A DNA stretch of 64,000 nucleotides from an uncultured Verrucomicrobiota bacterium (lineage in GTDB: Bacteria; Verrucomicrobiota; Kiritimatiellia; Kiritimatiellales; Tichowtungiaceae). The notes under the pieces were generated by a model. That model was not told the origin of the DNA, ran no database searches, and saw only the letters and a list, made by a program, of their open reading frames with translations. The DNA lies in contig CAYNOR010000006.1 of NCBI GenBank assembly GCA_964398915.1, positions 14,068-78,067 of the forward strand, written 5' to 3'. This document shows, in pieces, positions 62,355-64,000 of the stretch (the first letter of the stretch is position 1; the number at the start of each line of letters is the position of its first letter). The position numbers and the translations under genes are program-made.

Positions 62355-63326
62355 ATGAATTTTCAAAAACGCGCCAGAGAAGTGATGGATGTTGAAATTG
62401 CAGGCATGGAGAAAGTCCGCGACAGTATCAGCGGGAATTTCAGTACGGCGGTGGAGTGGATTCTTGCGACTATAAAAAACGGCGGCAAGGTGGTCGTCAC
62501 CGGCGTCGGTAAGAATTTTCATATTGGACAGAAGATGGTCGCCACATTTAACAGTACCGGAACGCCTTCAGCCCTGTTGCATCCGATTGAGGCCATGCAC
62601 GGCGACTTCGGGCTTGTCGGCGGAAAAGACATTGCGCTGGCGCTCAGCTACAGCGGCGGATCTGACGAGCTGCTCGCCCTGCTTCCGGCGCTCAAGCGGC
62701 GCGGTCTAAAAATTATCGGCATGACGGGTGACGCGACCAGTCCGTTGGGACAGCAGAGCGATTTGATTCTGCCGATCACGGTGGACAGAGAAGCCTGTCC
62801 GTTCGGCATGGCGCCGACCACCAGTACGACGGTGACGCTGGCACTCGGCGATGCGCTGGCGATTGTTCTGCTTGAAGCGCGTGGATTTAAAAAAGAAGAC
62901 TACGCCAAGCTGCATCCCGGCGGGGCGATTGGCCGCACGCTCTTGCTTAAAGTTTCTGATGTGATGCGCACCAAAGACCGGCTGGCGAAAGTGAAAAGCG
63001 GTGCCAAGGTGAAAGAGGCCGTGCTGGCCATGACCGGCGCGCGTTCCGGGTGTGTCGCAGTGGTGGATGAGAAAGAAAAACTGCTTGGCATTTTCACCGA
63101 CGGCGACCTGCGCCGCCATTTGATTAAAACCCCCGATATTACCGAAGTTGCCATCGACTCCGTCATGACACGAAATCCGGTTACGCTCAAGGCGGACCAG
63201 CTTGCAGTGGATATTCTGCAAATCTACGAGCAGAAAAACATCGACGACCTGATTGTGGTGGATGACGCCGGACACATCGTCGGTGCGGTGGATATTCAGG
63301 ATCTGCCGAAGTTGAAGATTCTTTGA
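62355..63326 (+). CDS. kdsD: arabinose-5-phosphate isomerase (SIS domain plus CBS pair, KdsD/KpsF type)
   Basis: VVVTGVGKNFHIGQKMVATFNSTGTPS, a GGSDE-like motif, and C-terminal CBS repeats. Confidence 0.85.
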   Translation: MNFQKRAREVMDVEIAGMEKVRDSISGNFSTAVEWILATIKNGGKVVVTGVGKNFHIGQKMVATFNSTGTPSALLHPIEAMHGDFGLVGGKDIALALSYSGGSDELLALLPALKRRGLKIIGMTGDATSPLGQQSDLILPITVDREACPFGMAPTTSTTVTLALGDALAIVLLEARGFKKEDYAKLHPGGAIGRTLLLKVSDVMRTKDRLAKVKSGAKVKEAVLAMTGARSGCVAVVDEKEKLLGIFTDGDLRRHLIKTPDITEVAIDSVMTRNPVTLKADQLAVDILQIYEQKNIDDLIVVDDAGHIVGAVDIQDLPKLKIL

Positions 63327-63333
63327 TTTCAGA

Positions 63334-63564
63334 CTACGTCTTGATCGGCTCGTTCTGCTTTCCGCATTTCGGGCAGCGGGCGAGCGGAATGCGGCAGGGT
63401 ACGGTGTAAATGTGACGGCAGGCGTCGCAACGGTAAACCACGGCTTTGTTAATATTTTTGCGGCGGCGGAAGAGGATACAATCGTAGGCTGCGGTTGCGG
63501 CAAAAAGAGCCGTCAAAGCAAGTACAAGCGGAAGTACGAACAAACTGAGCGGATCGACAGGCAT
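63334..63564 (-). CDS. small membrane-anchored zinc-ribbon protein
   Basis: N-terminal TM segment, then CDACRHIY...CPKCGKQN. Confidence 0.45.
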   Translation of the reverse strand: MPVDPLSLFVLPLVLALTALFAATAAYDCILFRRRKNINKAVVYRCDACRHIYTVPCRIPLARCPKCGKQNEPIKT

Positions 63565-64000
63565 TACTCTTTTCCCTCCTGCGTAAAATGGATGTCCATC
63601 CAGCCTTCTGTCGGTCCGGATGCCGACTTGAAGTGCAGTTGCCGAACGGCGTTGAGCAGGGCAATGCCAGCCGCCGGATTTTCAAACAGTGCGCGTTCGA
63701 CGGTTCCGTCCGGTCCGACGGTTAGATTCACGCGGATGGTTTCGGGCAGTCCGGCAGAGACAATGTTGATGCGTAGCGCGTCATGAGCACGCGGGGTCAG
63801 TTCGGGCGACAGGAATAGCTGAGTGGTTGCTCCGGGTGGCGGGATTTGTCGCGGTGTTGCGCCGGGAACCGGGAGTTCATTTTTTGGGATGATCGCTTTT
63901 GTTGTCAAAAGGGTTAGATTTGCACTAGGTCCTATAGCGTTCTCTTGCGGCAGATAGCGGATGGGGCTGGCTGGTTTTTCGAGGGAGAGTCGTATATCCA
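63564..64000 (-). CDS. hypothetical protein, probably 5'-partial (the frame is open to the window end)
   Basis: The track starts it at a TTG (63908), but the same frame continues without a stop to position 64000. The C-terminal region is vaguely TonB-C-like. Confidence 0.35.
   Translation of the reverse strand, partial: DIRLSLEKPASPIRYLPQENAIGPSANLTLLTTKAIIPKNELPVPGATPRQIPPPGATTQLFLSPELTPRAHDALRINIVSAGLPETIRVNLTVGPDGTVERALFENPAAGIALLNAVRQLHFKSASGPTEGWMDIHFTQEGKE

Overview
This is a 64 kb chromosomal window from a moderately GC-rich bacterium. It is probably an anaerobic member of the PVC group (Kiritimatiellota, Lentisphaerota or Verrucomicrobiota-like); that is an inference from the PEP-CTERM protein, the TIGR04073-like protein, OpgGH and a large Fe-S operon, not a tested result. 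The core genes I can support are: an NDK-like gene, rsmB, a PpiD-like chaperone, a 16-gene translationally coupled Fe-S/radical-SAM/MinD-ferredoxin operon with def embedded, exbB-exbD-tonB, a VirJ-MprF fusion, opgG-X-opgH, tex, a purS-L fusion, a pabB-pabC fusion, purQ, ilvC, pgk-tpiA-secG, a peptide ABC binding protein plus one permease, an AddB-like nuclease and kdsD. No rRNA, tRNA, CRISPR array, integrase or transposase was recognised by eye. Several visibly AT-richer accessory inserts interrupt the core: a UvrD-like helicase plus lipoprotein, Sel1/DUF1566, DUF4238, Bro-N, a four-helix-bundle cassette and an FGE cassette. Two signals stand out. (1) A REP/REPIN-like nested palindrome (GTAG head plus an 8-9 bp hairpin, usually as an inverted doublet of 65-74 bp) sits in-frame inside coding genes four times: once in pabB and three times in the AddB-like gene. 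It shows compensatory substitutions, and a fifth solo copy lies at an insertion junction. (2) Five times, the terminal 25-190 nt of an intact housekeeping gene (rsmB, tex, purL, pabBC, AddB-like) recurs as a diverged truncated copy on the far side of an insert. Supporting details are an orphan terminator, an ATGA start/stop overlap retained by one remnant, and synonymous-only divergence in another. This suggests cassettes arrive carrying a replacement gene end. All coordinates and alignments were made by hand from the sequence and need computational confirmation.
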